From positions 310,001 through 374,000 of the forward strand of contig NC_092347.1 of the NCBI RefSeq assembly GCF_963676685.1: 64,000 bases of DNA, in the 5' to 3' direction. Every line of letters begins with the position of its first letter. Position 1 is the first letter of the stretch. Source of the DNA: Mytilus edulis (lineage: Eukaryota). Below are positions 52,074 to 64,000 of this stretch, one piece after another. A program made the position numbers and the translations under genes. The notes under the pieces are model-generated. The model was not told the origin of the DNA and did not search any database. It saw nothing but the letters and a program-made list of their open reading frames with translations.

Positions 52074-52819
52074 CAGTGGCGTAGCTTGCATGTATGCTCA
52101 GATGCTCAAGCATTTCACATATTTTATGTAACCAATGAACAAGAGCAATAACTAATAAAAATTAATGTTTTTTCCTTATATTTTTAATGGAGAAATAAAA
52201 GCTTTAGAGAAAATGCAATGGGATTTCCGTCATAATTTATATTTCAGAAGGTCAAAGCTTAGGACTTATTTTCGAAATTGTCATTTCTGATGATATATAA
52301 ATCTGGCAAGAATTGTACACATGAGAGTGCAAACAAGACCGGATGGACGGACACCAGGTATTTCGATGATGTCCCCTGCGACGCGTTAATGGGGTCACTT
52401 CAGTTCCTATATTCCGAAGTGCCGCTGTGATAGGGCCGTTTTTTTTAGAAATGCTAGGAAAGGAAATCACTTCAGTTCCTTTATACAGAAGTGCCGCTGT
52501 GATGGGGTCATTTATGAGATGTCAAATATTAAGATTGGTGGGAAACTTTTACATCAAATAAATAAATTATGAATTACATTCAGTTTCGAAAATTTCGAGA
52601 AAACATTAAAATTATGTTTGAAATATAATTATATATGAATTGGTGGGTATTTTGAAATTAAACAAAAATCTAACCAGTGTCGGATCTATGGGAGCAAATG
52701 TGCTTACAGGATCAATGTCTGAAAAAATATAATTTTCTGCATAAAATAGTCAAAAATAAATTCGCCTCGCTCCGCTCGGAGAAGGCATCCACATCATTTC
52801 AACCCTGGCTACGCTACTG
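52074..52819. mobile_element. hAT-like MITE (746 bp)
   Basis: CAGTGGCGTAGC / GCTACGCTACTG termini. It is inserted in a 24-bp repeat unit with ATAGG / ATAGC flanks. Confidence 0.8.
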
Positions 52820-52924
52820 ATAGCCGGTATATATCAAATGTTAGTTAGATATCAAATAAAGATACACATGTAGCATGTAGATTTAAAATAAAGATATAAG
52901 GTACATGTTACATAAAAAAAACTC

Positions 52925-53192
52925 TCAAAGTCAGGAGCTTCTGGTCTTTGTAAGTGTTGTATGATTTTTAATTTCATAGTTTCTTTTATATATTTTAAAG
53001 TTTAGTGTGACGACCATTGTCACTGAGCTTATACACATTTTTGTTAATAAGCCAGGTGACGAATGCCTCCGGGTGCGAGATATTCTTGCTGTATTGAAGA
53101 CCCATTAGTGGCCTTCGGCTGTATTCTGGTCTTTTGTCGGGTTATTGTCTCTTAAGTTTGAAACATTCCACATTTCCTTTCTTAATTTTATT
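52925..53192 (+). mobile_element. Family X 3' fragment beginning within the twister loop 4/P4 region
   Basis: CAAAGTCAGGAGCTTCTGGTCTTTG...GCCTCCGGGTGCGAGA..TTGAAGACCCATTAGTGGCCTTCGGCTG..GTCGGGTTATTGTCTC..AATTTTA is colinear with the reverse complement of 21143-21400. Confidence 0.8.
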
Positions 53193-54036
53193 GTGTGCAA
53201 GATCTTATTATAAATAAGTTTGTTTTCGTCGCTTTATGTATGTATATCTCTGTACCGTTGTATCTTATGGGTTAAGAGAATAAAGATTATTATCAGCGCA
53301 TTATTCTAGTTACAAATTCAGCAATTTATTATGAATATTTAACGCTTTCTGCACATGAAATCAAGCAATTCATTCTTTAAATCACGCTCTATATTTCAGT
53401 AAACACATAATTTTTCATTTATCTAACAAACCCGGTTGAGTTTGTTTGAATGATTCAAATTTAAGGAGATGAAAGCTGTATATAATATATTTTCATTTAG
53501 TTGAGCAAAAAACATTAAAAACAATACATTGTAATCAGAAAGTCGTTAAAAACTTCCATTTGTTGTGTAATCAGAATAAAATTTCTATAGGCTTATCCCC
53601 GTGGGTTTCATCATACATGAAAGAAAGTATCAAACAAACAAATCGAACTTAAATCAGTATGAATTTTACATAAACCATTTATCATAAATCAACTAGAAAA
53701 ATGCCATTTGTTTTACCATGTAATATTTCCTTAACTTGTGTTGTGCAACAATAAAACCTCTTAAAATTTTAACTAAGTACAGAAATAATCATACATATAG
53801 TCCATGGGTCTGACACGGTCTTTAATTGATGGCATTATCAGTTAATCATAGGTATATTCCATTTGTTATAGACGCGGTACCTCCCTGATAACATTACCAG
53901 TTAATTGTGGATATTTTCATTTCAATTTTGTCTTAGCTAGTCTCTTTCTGATGGCCTTATCAGTTGACCATAGATATATTACAATTGTTTTAGACCCAGT
54001 TCCTCACTGATGACTCCATACGATGATCATATACAT

Positions 54037-54160
54037 AGGACGCCTCCGGGGACGGAAGTTTCTCGCTACATTGAAGACCCATTGGTGGCCTTCGGCTGTT
54101 GTCTGCTTATGGTCGGGTTGTTGTCGCTTTGACACATTCTCCATTTCCATTATCAATTTA
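54037..54160 (+). mobile_element. Family X tail
   Basis: GGACGCCTCCGGG..TCTCGCTACATTGAAGACCCATTGGTGGCCTTCGGCTG..GGTCGGGTTGTTGTCGCTTTGACACATTC. Confidence 0.8.
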
Positions 54161-54439
54161 ATTATTATCCATTTGTCTCATCAGTTGATCATATATATTT
54201 TCCATTGTTTTAGCTCAGGTCCCTCCCTGATTGCCTCATCAGTTGACCATAGATATATTCCATTTGTCTTTGCTCAGGCCCATTCATGATGGCCTTATCA
54301 GTTGATCAATCTTTTGGGTTCCTGTCACTATGTTGTCTATGTTTATCTTTCATGCGCTTCGGTTGCTGTTTTATTTATGTAAAACGGTTATATTTTTGGC
54401 TTGGTTTGATTGTTGTCTCGTTGGTGTATGTTGTCAATA

Positions 54440-57400
54440 TTTATGGTTCAATTGGGTTGCTGTCTCAGTGGTGTATGTTGTATATGTGTTGTTCAATTAT
54501 ATATTTTGTTTCATCAATGTATGTTGTCTATGTTTGTCGTTCACTTGGGTTGCTGTCTCAGTGGTGTATGTTGTCTATGTTTGTCGTTCACTTTGTTTGC
54601 TGTCTCAGTGGTGTATGTTGTCTATGTTTGTCAATCACTTTGGTTGTTGTCTCAGTGGTGTATGTTGTCTATGTTTGTCGTTCACTTGGGTTGCTGTCTC
54701 AGTGGTGTATGTTGTCTATGTTTGTCATTCACTTGGGTTGCTGTCTCAGTGATGTATGTTGTCTATGTTAGACATTCACTTGGATTGTTGTCTTAGTGAT
54801 GTATGTTGTTTATGTTAGACATTCACTTGGGTTGCTGTCTCAGTGATATATCTTGTCTATGTTAGTCGTTCACTTGGGTTGCTGTCTTAGTGGTGTATGT
54901 TGTCTATGTTAGTCATTCACTTGGGTTGCTGTCTTTTGTGTGTATGTTGTTTATGATTGTCGTTCACTTGGGTTGCTGTCTCAGTGATGTATGTTGTCTA
55001 TGTTTGTCAATCATTTGGGTTGCTGTCTCAGTGGTGTATGTTGTCTATGTTTGTCATTCACTTGAGTTGCTGTCTCAGTGGTGTATGTTGTCTATGTTTG
55101 TCATTCACTTGGGTTGCTGTCTCAGTGATGTATGTTGTCTATGTTAGTCATTCATTTAGGTTGCTGTCTCAGCGATGTATGTTGTCTATGTTAGACATTC
55201 ACTTGGGTTGCTGTCTCAGTGGTGTATGATGTCTATGTTTGTCGTTCACTTGGGTAGCTGTCTTAGTGGTGTATGTCGTCTATGTTTGTCATTCACTTGG
55301 GTTGCTGTCTCAGTGATGTATGTTGTCTATGTTTGTCGTTCACTTGGGTTGCTGTCTCAGTGATATATTTTGTCTATGTTAGTCATTCACTTGGGTTGCT
55401 GTCTTAGTGGTGTATGTTGTCTATGTCAGTCATTCACTTGGGTTGCTGTCTTATGTGTGTATGTTGTTTATGATTGTCGTTCACTTGGGTTGCTGTCTCA
55501 GTGATGTATGTTGTCTATGTTTGTCATTCACTTGGGTTGCTGTCTCAGTGATGTATGTTGTCTATGTTAGTCATTAACTTGGGTAGCTGTCTTAGTTGTG
55601 TATGTTGTCTATGTTTGTCATTCACTTGGGTTGCTGTCTCAGTGATGTATGTTGTCTATGTTAGTCATTAACTTGGGTAGCTGTCTTAGTGGTGTATGTT
55701 GTCTATGTTTGTCATTCACTTGGGTTGCTGTCTCAGTGATGTATGTTGTCTATGTTAGTCATTCACTTGGGTTGCTGTCTCATTGGTGTATGTTGTCTAT
55801 GTTTGTCATTCACTTGGGTTGCTGTCGCAGTGATGTATGTTGTCTATGTTAGTCATTCACTTAGGTTGCTGTCTCAGCGATGTATGTTGTCTATGTTAGA
55901 CATTCACTCTGGTTGCTGTCTCAGTGGTGTATGTTGTCTATGTTTGTCATTCACTTGGGTTGTTGTCTTAGTGGTGTATATTGTCTATGTTTGCATTCAA
56001 TTAGGTTGCTGTCTCAATGGTGTATGATGTCTATGTTTGTCGTTCACTTGGGTTGCTGTCTCAGTGGTGTATGTTGTCTATGTTTGTCGTTCACTTGGGT
56101 TGCTGTCTCAATGGTGAATGTTTTCTATGTTTTTCATTCACTTGGGTTGCTGTCTCAGTGATGTATGTTGTCTATGTTTGTCATTAACTTGGGTAGCTGT
56201 CTTAGTTGTGTATGTTGTCTATGTTTGTCAATCACTTGGGTTGCTGTCTCAGTGGTGTATGTTGTCTATGTTTGTCAATCACTTGGGTTGCTGTCTCAGT
56301 GGTGTATGTTGTCTATGTTTGTCGTTCACTTGGGTTGCTGTCTCAGTGATGTATGTTGTCTATGTTTGTCATTAACATGGGTAGCTGTCTTAGTTGTGTA
56401 TGTTGTCTATGTTTGTCAATCACTTGGGTTGCTGTCTCAGTGGTGTATGTTGTCTATGTTTGTCAATTACTTGGGTTGCTGTCTCAGTGGTGTATGTTGT
56501 CTATGTCTGTCGTTCACTTGGGTTGCTGTCTCAGTGGTGTATGTTGTCTATGTTTGTCATTCACTTGGGTTGCTGTCCCAGTGGTGTATGTTGTCTATGT
56601 TAATCATTCACTTGGATTGCTGTCTCAGTGGTGTATGTTGTCTATCTTTGTCAATCACTTGGGTTGCTGTCCCAGTGGTGTATGTTGTCTATGTTAATCA
56701 TTCACTTGGGTTGCTGTCTCAGTGGTGTATGTTGTTTATGTTTGTCATTCACTTAGGTTGCTGTCTCAGTGATGTATATTGCCTATGTTTGTTCTTCACT
56801 CGGGTTGCTGTCTCAGTGATGTATGTCGTCTATGTTTATCGTTCACTTGGGTTGCTGTCTCGATGGTGTATGTTTTCTATGTTTTTCATTCACTTGGGTT
56901 GCTGTCTCAGTGATGTATGGTGTCTATGTTTGTAATTCACTTGGGTTGCTGTCTCAGTGGTGTATGTTGTCTATGTTTGTCGTTTACTTAGGTTGCTGTC
57001 TCAGTGGTGTATGTTGTCTATGTTTGTCGTTCACTTGGGTTGCTGTCTCAGTGGTGTATGTTGTCTATGTTTGTCGTTCACTTGGGTTGCTGTCTCAGTG
57101 GTGTATGTTGTCTATGTTTGTCAATCACTTTGGTTGTTGTCTCAGTGGTGTATGTTGTCTATGTTTGTCGTTCACTAGGGTTGCTGTCTCAGTGGTGTAT
57201 GTTGTCTATGTTAGTCATTCACTTGGGTTGCTGTCTCAGTGATGTATGTTGTCTATGTTTGTCGTTCACTTGGGTTGCTGTCTCAGTGATATATTTTGTC
57301 TATGTTAGTCATTCACTTGGGTTGCTGTCTTAGTGGTGTATGTTGTCTATGTCAGTCATTCACTTGGGTTGCTGTCTTATGTGTGTATGTTGTTTATGAT

Positions 57401-60400
57401 TGTCGTTCACTTGGGTTGCTGTCTCAGTGATGTAAGTTGTCTATGTTTGTCATTCACTTGGGTTGCTGTCTCAGTGATGTATGTTGTCTATGTTAGTCAT
57501 TAACTTGGGTAGCTGTCTTAGTTGTGTATGTTGTCTATGTTTTTCATTCACTTGGGTTGCTGTCTCAGTGATGTATGTTGTCTATGTTAGTCATTAACTT
57601 GGGTAGCTGTCTTAGTGGTGTATGTTGTCTATGTTTGTCATTCACTTGGGTTGCTGTCTCAGTGATGTATGTTGTCTATGTTAGTCATTCACTTGGGTTG
57701 CTGTCTCATTGGTGTATGTTGTCTATGTTTGTCATTCACTTGGGTTGCTGTCGCAGTGATGTATGTTGTCTATGTTAGTCATTCACTTAGGTTGCTGTCT
57801 CAGCGATGTATGTTGTCTATGTTAGACATTCACTCTGGTTGCTGTCTCAGTGGTGTATGTTGTCTATGTTTGTCATTCACTTGGGTTGTTGTCTTAGTGG
57901 TGTATATTGTCTATGTTTGCATTCAATTAGGTTGCTGTCTCAATGGTGTATGATGTCTATGTTTGTCGTTCACTTGGGTTGCTGTCTCAGTGGTGTATGT
58001 TGTCTATGTTTGTCGTTCACTTGGGTTGCTGTCTCAATGGTGAATGTTTTCTATGTTTTTCATTCACTTGGGTTGCTGTCTCAGTGATGTATGTTGTCTA
58101 TGTTTGTCATTAACTTGGGTAGCTGTCTTAGTTGTGTATGTTGTCTATGTTTGTCAATCACTTGGGTTGCTGTCTCAGTGGTGTATGTTGTCTATGTTTG
58201 TCAATCACTTGGGTTGCTGTCTCAGTGGTGTATGTTCTCTATGTCTGTCGTTCACTTGGGTTGCTGTCTCAGTGGTGTATGTTGTCTATGTTTGTCATTC
58301 ACTTGGGTTGCTGTCCCAGTGGTGTATGTTGTCTATGTTAATCATTCACTTGGATTGCTGTCTCAGTGGTGTATGTTGTCTATCTTTGTCATTCACTTGG
58401 GTTGCTGTCCCAGTGGTGTATGTTGTCTATGTTAATCATTCACTTGGGTTGCTGTCTCAGTGGTGTATGTTGTTTATGTTTGTCATTCACTTAGGTTGCT
58501 GTCTCAGTGATGTATATTGCCTATGTTTGTTCTTCACTCGGGTTGCTGTCTCAGTGATGTATGTCGTCTATGTTTATCGTTCACTTGGGTTGCTGTCTCA
58601 ATGGTGTATGTTTTCTATGTTTTTCATTCACTTGGGTTGCTGTCTCAGTGATGTATGGTGTCTATGTTTGTAATTCACTTGGGTTGCTGTCTCAGTGGTG
58701 TATGTTGTCTATGTTTGTCGTTTACTTAGGTTGCTGTCTCAGTGGTGTATGTTGTCTATGTTTGTCGTTCACTTGGGTTGCTGTCTCAGTGGTGTATGTT
58801 GTCTATGTTTGTCGTTCACTTGGGTTGCTGTCTCAGTGGTGTATGTTGTCTATGTTTGTCAATCACTTTGGTTGTTGTCTCAGTGGTGTATGTTGTCTAT
58901 GTTTGTCGTTCACTAGGGTTGCTGTCTCAGTAGTGTATGTTGTCTATGTTAGTCATTCACTTGGGTTACTGTCTCAGTGATGTATGTTGTCTATTTTAGA
59001 CATTCACTTGGGTTGTTGTCTAAGTGATGTATGTTGTCTATGTCAGACATTCACTTGGGTTGCTGTCTCAGTGATGTATGTTGTATATGTTAGTCATTCA
59101 CTTGGGTTGCTGTCACAGTGATATATTTTGTCTATGTTAGTCATTCACTTGGGTTGCTGTCTTAGTGGTGTATGTTGTCTATGTCAGTCATTCACTTGGG
59201 TTGCTGTCTTATGTGTGTATGTTGTTTATGATTTTCGTTCACTTGGGTTGCTGTCTCAGTGATGTATGTTGTCTATGTTTGTCATTCACTTGGGTTGCTG
59301 TCTCAGTGATGTATGTTGTCTATGTTAGTCATTAACTTGGGTAGCTGTCTTAGTTGTGTATGTTGTCTATGTTTGTCATTCACTTGGGTTGCTGTCTCAG
59401 TGATGTATGTTGTCTATGTTAGTCATTAACTTGGGTAGCTGTCTTAGTGGTGTATGTTGTCTATGTTTGTCATTCACTTGGGTTGCTGTCTCAGTGATGT
59501 ATGTTGTCTATGTTTGTCATTAACTTGGGTAGCTGTATGAGTGGTGTATGATGTCTATGTTTGTCATTCACTTGGGTTGCTGTCTCATTGGTGTATGTTG
59601 TCTATGTTTGTCTTTCACTTGGATTGCTGTCGCAGTGATGTATGTTGTCTATGTTAGTCATTCACTTAGGTTGCTGTCTCAGCGATGTATGTTGTCTATG
59701 TTAGACATTAACTCTGGTTGCTGTCTCAGTGGTGTATGTTGTCTATGTTTGTCATTCACTTGGGTTGTTGTCTTAGTGGTGTATATTGTCTATGTTTGCA
59801 TTCAATTAGGTTGCTGTCTCAATGGTGTATGATGTCTATGTTTGTCGTTCACTTGGGTTGCTGTCTCAGTGGTGTATGTTGTCTATGTTTGTCGTTCAGT
59901 TGGGTTGCTGTCTCAGTGGTGAATGTTTTCTATGTTTTTCATTCACTTGGGTTGCTGTCTCAATGATGTATGTTGTCTATGTTTGTCATTAACTTGGGTA
60001 GCTGTCTTAGTTGTGTATGTTGTCTATGTTTGTCAATCACTTGGGTTGATGTCTCAGTGGTGTATGTTGTCTATGTTTGTCAATCACTTGGGTTGCTGTC
60101 TCAGTGGTGTATGTTGTCTATGTATGTCGTTCACTAGGGTTGCTGTCTCAGTGGTGTATGTTGTCTATGTTTGTCATTCACTTGGGTTGCTGTCCCAGTG
60201 GTGTATGTTGTCTATGTTAATCATTCACTTGGATTGCTGTCTCAGTGGTGTATGTTGTCTATCTTTGTCATTCACTTGGATTGCTGTCTCAGTGGTGTAT
60301 GTTTTATATGTTGGTCATTCACTTGGGTTGCTGTCTCAGTGATGTATGTCGTCTATGTTTGTCGTTCACTTGGGTTGCTGTCTCGGTGGTGTATGTTTTC

Positions 60401-63400
60401 TCTGTTTTTCATTCACTTGGGTTGCTGTCTCAGTGATGTATGTTGTCTATGTTTGTCATTCAGTTGGGTAGCTGTCTTAGTTGTGTATGTTGTCTATGTT
60501 TGTCAATCACTTGGGTTGCTGTCTCAGTGGTGTATGTTGTCTATGTTTGTCGTTTACTTGGGTTGCTGTCTCAGTGGTGTATGTTGTCTATGTTTGTCGT
60601 TCACTTGGGTTGCTGTCTCAGTGGTGTATGTTGTCTATGTTTGTCATTCACTTGGGTTGCTGTCTCAGTGGTGTATGTTGTCTATGTTTGTCAATCACTT
60701 GGGTTGCTGTCTCAGTAGTGTATGTTGTCTATGTTTGTCAATCACTTGGGTTGCTGTCTCAGTGGTGTATGTTGTCTATGTTTGTCAATCACTTTGGTTG
60801 TTTCAGTGGTGTATGTTGTCTATGTTTGTCAATCACTTTGGTTGTCTCAGTGGTGTATGTTGTTTATGTTAGTTATTCACTTGGGTTGCTGTCTCAGTGA
60901 TGTATGTCGTCTATGTTAGTCATTCACTTGGGTTGCTGTCACAGGGATGTATGTTGTCTATGTTTGTCGTTCACTTGGGTTGCTGTCTCAGTGATGTATG
61001 TTGTCTATGTTTGTCATTCACTTGGGTTGCTGTCACAGTGATGTATGTTGTCTATGTTTGTCATTCACTTGGGTTGCTGTCACAGTGATGTATGTTGTCT
61101 ATGTTAGTCATTCACTTGGGTTGCTGTCACAGTGATGTATGTTGTCTATGTTAGACATTCACTTGGGTTGTTGTCTTAGTGATGTATGTTGTCTATGTTA
61201 GACATTCACTCTGGTTGCTGTCTCAGTGATGTATGTTGTCTATGTTAGTCATTCACTTGGGTTGCTGTCTCAGTGATGTATGTTGTATATGTTAGTCATT
61301 CACTTGGGTTGCTGTCACAGGGATGTATGTTGTCTATGTTTGTCATTCACTTGGGTTGCTGTCTCAGTGATGTATGTCGTCTATGTTAGACATTCACTTG
61401 GGTTGTTGTCTTAGTGAGGTATATTGTCTATGTTAGACATTCACTTGGGTTGCTGTCTCAGTGATGTATGTTGTCTATGTTAGTCATTCACTTGGGTTGC
61501 TGTCTCAGTGATGTATGTTGTATATGTTAGTAATTCACTTGGGTTGCTGTCACAGGGATGTATGTTGTCTATGTTTGTCGTTCACTTCGGTTGCTGTCTT
61601 AGTGGTGTTTGTTGTCTATGTTTGTCATTCACTTGGGTTGTTGTCTTAGTGATGTATGTTGTCTATGTTAGACATTCACTCTGGTTGCTGTCTCAGTGAT
61701 GTATGTTGTCTATGTTAGTCATTCACTTGGGTTGCTGTCTCAGTGATGTATGTTGTATATGTTAATCATTCACTTGGGTTGCTGTCACAGGGATGTATGT
61801 TGTCTATGTTTGTCATTCACTTGGGTTGCTGTCTCAGTGATGTATGTCGTCTATGTTAGACATTCACTTGGGTTGTTGTCTTAGTGATGTATGTTGTCTA
61901 TGTTAGACATTCACTTGGGTTGCTGTCTCAGTGATGTATGTTGTCTATGTTAGTCATTCACTTGGGTTGCTGTCTCAGTGATGTATGTTGTATATGTTAG
62001 TCATTCACTTGGGTTGCTGTCACAGGGATGTATGTTGTCTATGTTTGTCGTTCACTTCGGTTGCTGTCTTAGTGGTGTATGTTGTCTATGTTTGTCCATC
62101 ACTTGGGTTGCTGTCTCAGGGATGTATGTTGTCTATGTTAGTCATTCACTTAGGTTGCTGCCTCAGTGATGTATGTTGTCTATGTTTGTCATTCACTTGG
62201 GTTGCTTTCACAGTGATGTATGTTGTCTATGTTTGTCATTCACTTGTGTTGCTGTCTCAGTGATGTATGTTGTCTATGTTAGTCATTCACTTAGGTTGCT
62301 GCCTCAGTGATGTATGTTGTCTATGTTTGTCATTCACTTGGGTTGCTGTCACAGTGATGTATGTTGTCTATGTTAGTCGTTCACTTGGGTTGCTGTCTCA
62401 GTGATGTATGTTGTCTATGTTAGTCATTCACTTGGGTTGCTGTCACAGTGATGTATGTTGTCTATGTTTGTCGTTCACTTTGGTTGCTGTCTTAGGTGTG
62501 TATGTTGTTTATGATTGTCGTTCACGTGGGTTGCTGTCTTAGGTGTGTATGTTGTTTATGATTGTCGTTCACTTGGGTTGCTGTCTCAGTGATGTATGTT
62601 GTCTATGCTTGTCAATCACTTGGGTTGCTGTCTCAGTGGTGTATGCTGTCTATGTTTGTCATTCACTTGAGTTGCTGTCTCAGTGGTGTATGTTGTCTAT
62701 GTTTGTCAGTCATTCACTTGGGTTGCTGTCTCAGTGATGTATGTTGTCTATGTTAGTCATTCACTTAGGTTGCTGCCTCAGTGATGTATGTTGTCTATGT
62801 TTGTCATTCACTTGGGTTGCTGTCACAGTGATGTATGTTGTCTATGTTTGTCATTCACTTGGGTTGCTGTCTCAGTGATGTATGTTGTCTATGTTAGTCA
62901 TTCACTTAGGTTGCTGCCTCAGTGATGTATGTTGTCTATGTTTGTCATTCACTTGGGTTGCTGTCACAGTGATGTATGTTGTCTATGTTAGTCGTTCACT
63001 TGGGTTGCTGTCTTCTTGATGTATGTTGTCTATGTTAGTCATTCACTTGGGTTGCTGTCTTAGTGGTGTATGTTGTCTATGTTTGTCGTTCACTTTGGTT
63101 GCTGTCTTAGGTGTGTATGTTGTTTATGATTGTCGTTCACTTGGGTTGCTGTCTTAGGTGTGTATGTTGTTTATGATTGTCGTTCACTTGGGTTGCTGTC
63201 TCAGTGATGTATGTTGTCTATGCTTGTCAATCACTTGGGTTGCTGTCTCAGTGGTGTATGCTGTCTGTGTTTGTCATTCACTTGAGTTGCTGTCTCAGTG
63301 GTGTATGTTGTCTATGTTTGTCAGTCATTCACTTGGGTTGCTGTCTCAGTGATGTATGTTGTCTATGGTAGTCATTCACGTAGGTTGCTGCCTCAGTGAT

Positions 63401-64000
63401 GTATGTTGTCTATGTTTGTCATTCACTTGGGTTGCTGTCACAGTGATGTATGTTGTCTATGTTAGTCGTTCACTTGGGTTGCTGTCTCAGTGATGTATGT
63501 TGTCTATGTTTGTCATTCACTTGGGTTGCTGTCACAGTGATGTATGTTGTCTATGTTAGTCGTTCACTTGGGTTGCTGTCACAGTGATGTATGCTGTCTA
63601 TGTTTGTCATTCACTTGAGTTGCTGTCTCAGTGATGTATATTGTCTATGATTGTCGTTCACTTGGGTTGCTGTCTCAGTGGTGTATGTTGTCTATGTTTG
63701 TCATTCACTTGGGTTGCTGTCACAGTGATGTATGTTGTCTATGTTAGTCGTTCACTTGGGTTGCTGTCTCAGTGATGTATGTTGTCTATGTTAGTCATTC
63801 ACTTGGGTTGCTGTCACAGTGATGTATGTTGTCTATGTTTGTCGTTCACTTTGGTTGCTGTCTTAGGTGTGTATGTTGTTTATGATTGTCGTTCACGTGG
63901 GTTGCTGTCTTAGGTGTGTATGTTGTTTATGATTGTCGTTCACTTGGGTTGCTGTCTCAGTGATGTATGTTGTCTATGCTTGTCAATCACTTGGGTTGCT
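54440..64000. repeat. 47-bp tandem satellite (about 200 copies; runs off the window)
   Basis: Unit CACTTGGGTTGCTGTCTCAGTGGTGTATGTTGTCTATGTTTGTCATT. Confidence 0.98.

Noticed and set aside
54286-63371. Many Cys/Val/Leu-rich ORFs up to 256 aa
   Set aside because: They are translations of the stop-poor 47-bp satellite in all three frames, with no sign of frame preference.

Overview
AT-rich, repeat-dominated eukaryotic DNA with no intact protein-coding gene that I can support. The repeat families resemble bivalve/Mytilus-type repeats, but this taxon guess is from recall only. Roughly 40% of the window is tandem satellite (units of 50, 67, 44, 26 and 47 bp). The rest is MITEs, hairpin elements, LINE/SINE relics and an inverted duplication (14468-17955 vs 36283-39430) that exposes empty insertion sites. 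The most notable content is a set of retroelement-associated self-cleaving RNAs. (1) A 5'-truncated Penelope-like (Naiad-type) element at 21143-22193 (-) carries a permuted type-P5 twister-ribozyme fold in its 3' UTR. A second element at 19752-20222 carries the same fold with different stem sequences. (2) A 354-bp tandem retrozyme at 16460-17707 has four type I hammerheads, plus a second structured domain that reads as a degenerate hammerhead on the antisense strand. (3) Two large satellites appear to derive from the 3'-terminal motif of the Penelope-like family. All folds and translations were done by eye and need computational and biochemical confirmation.
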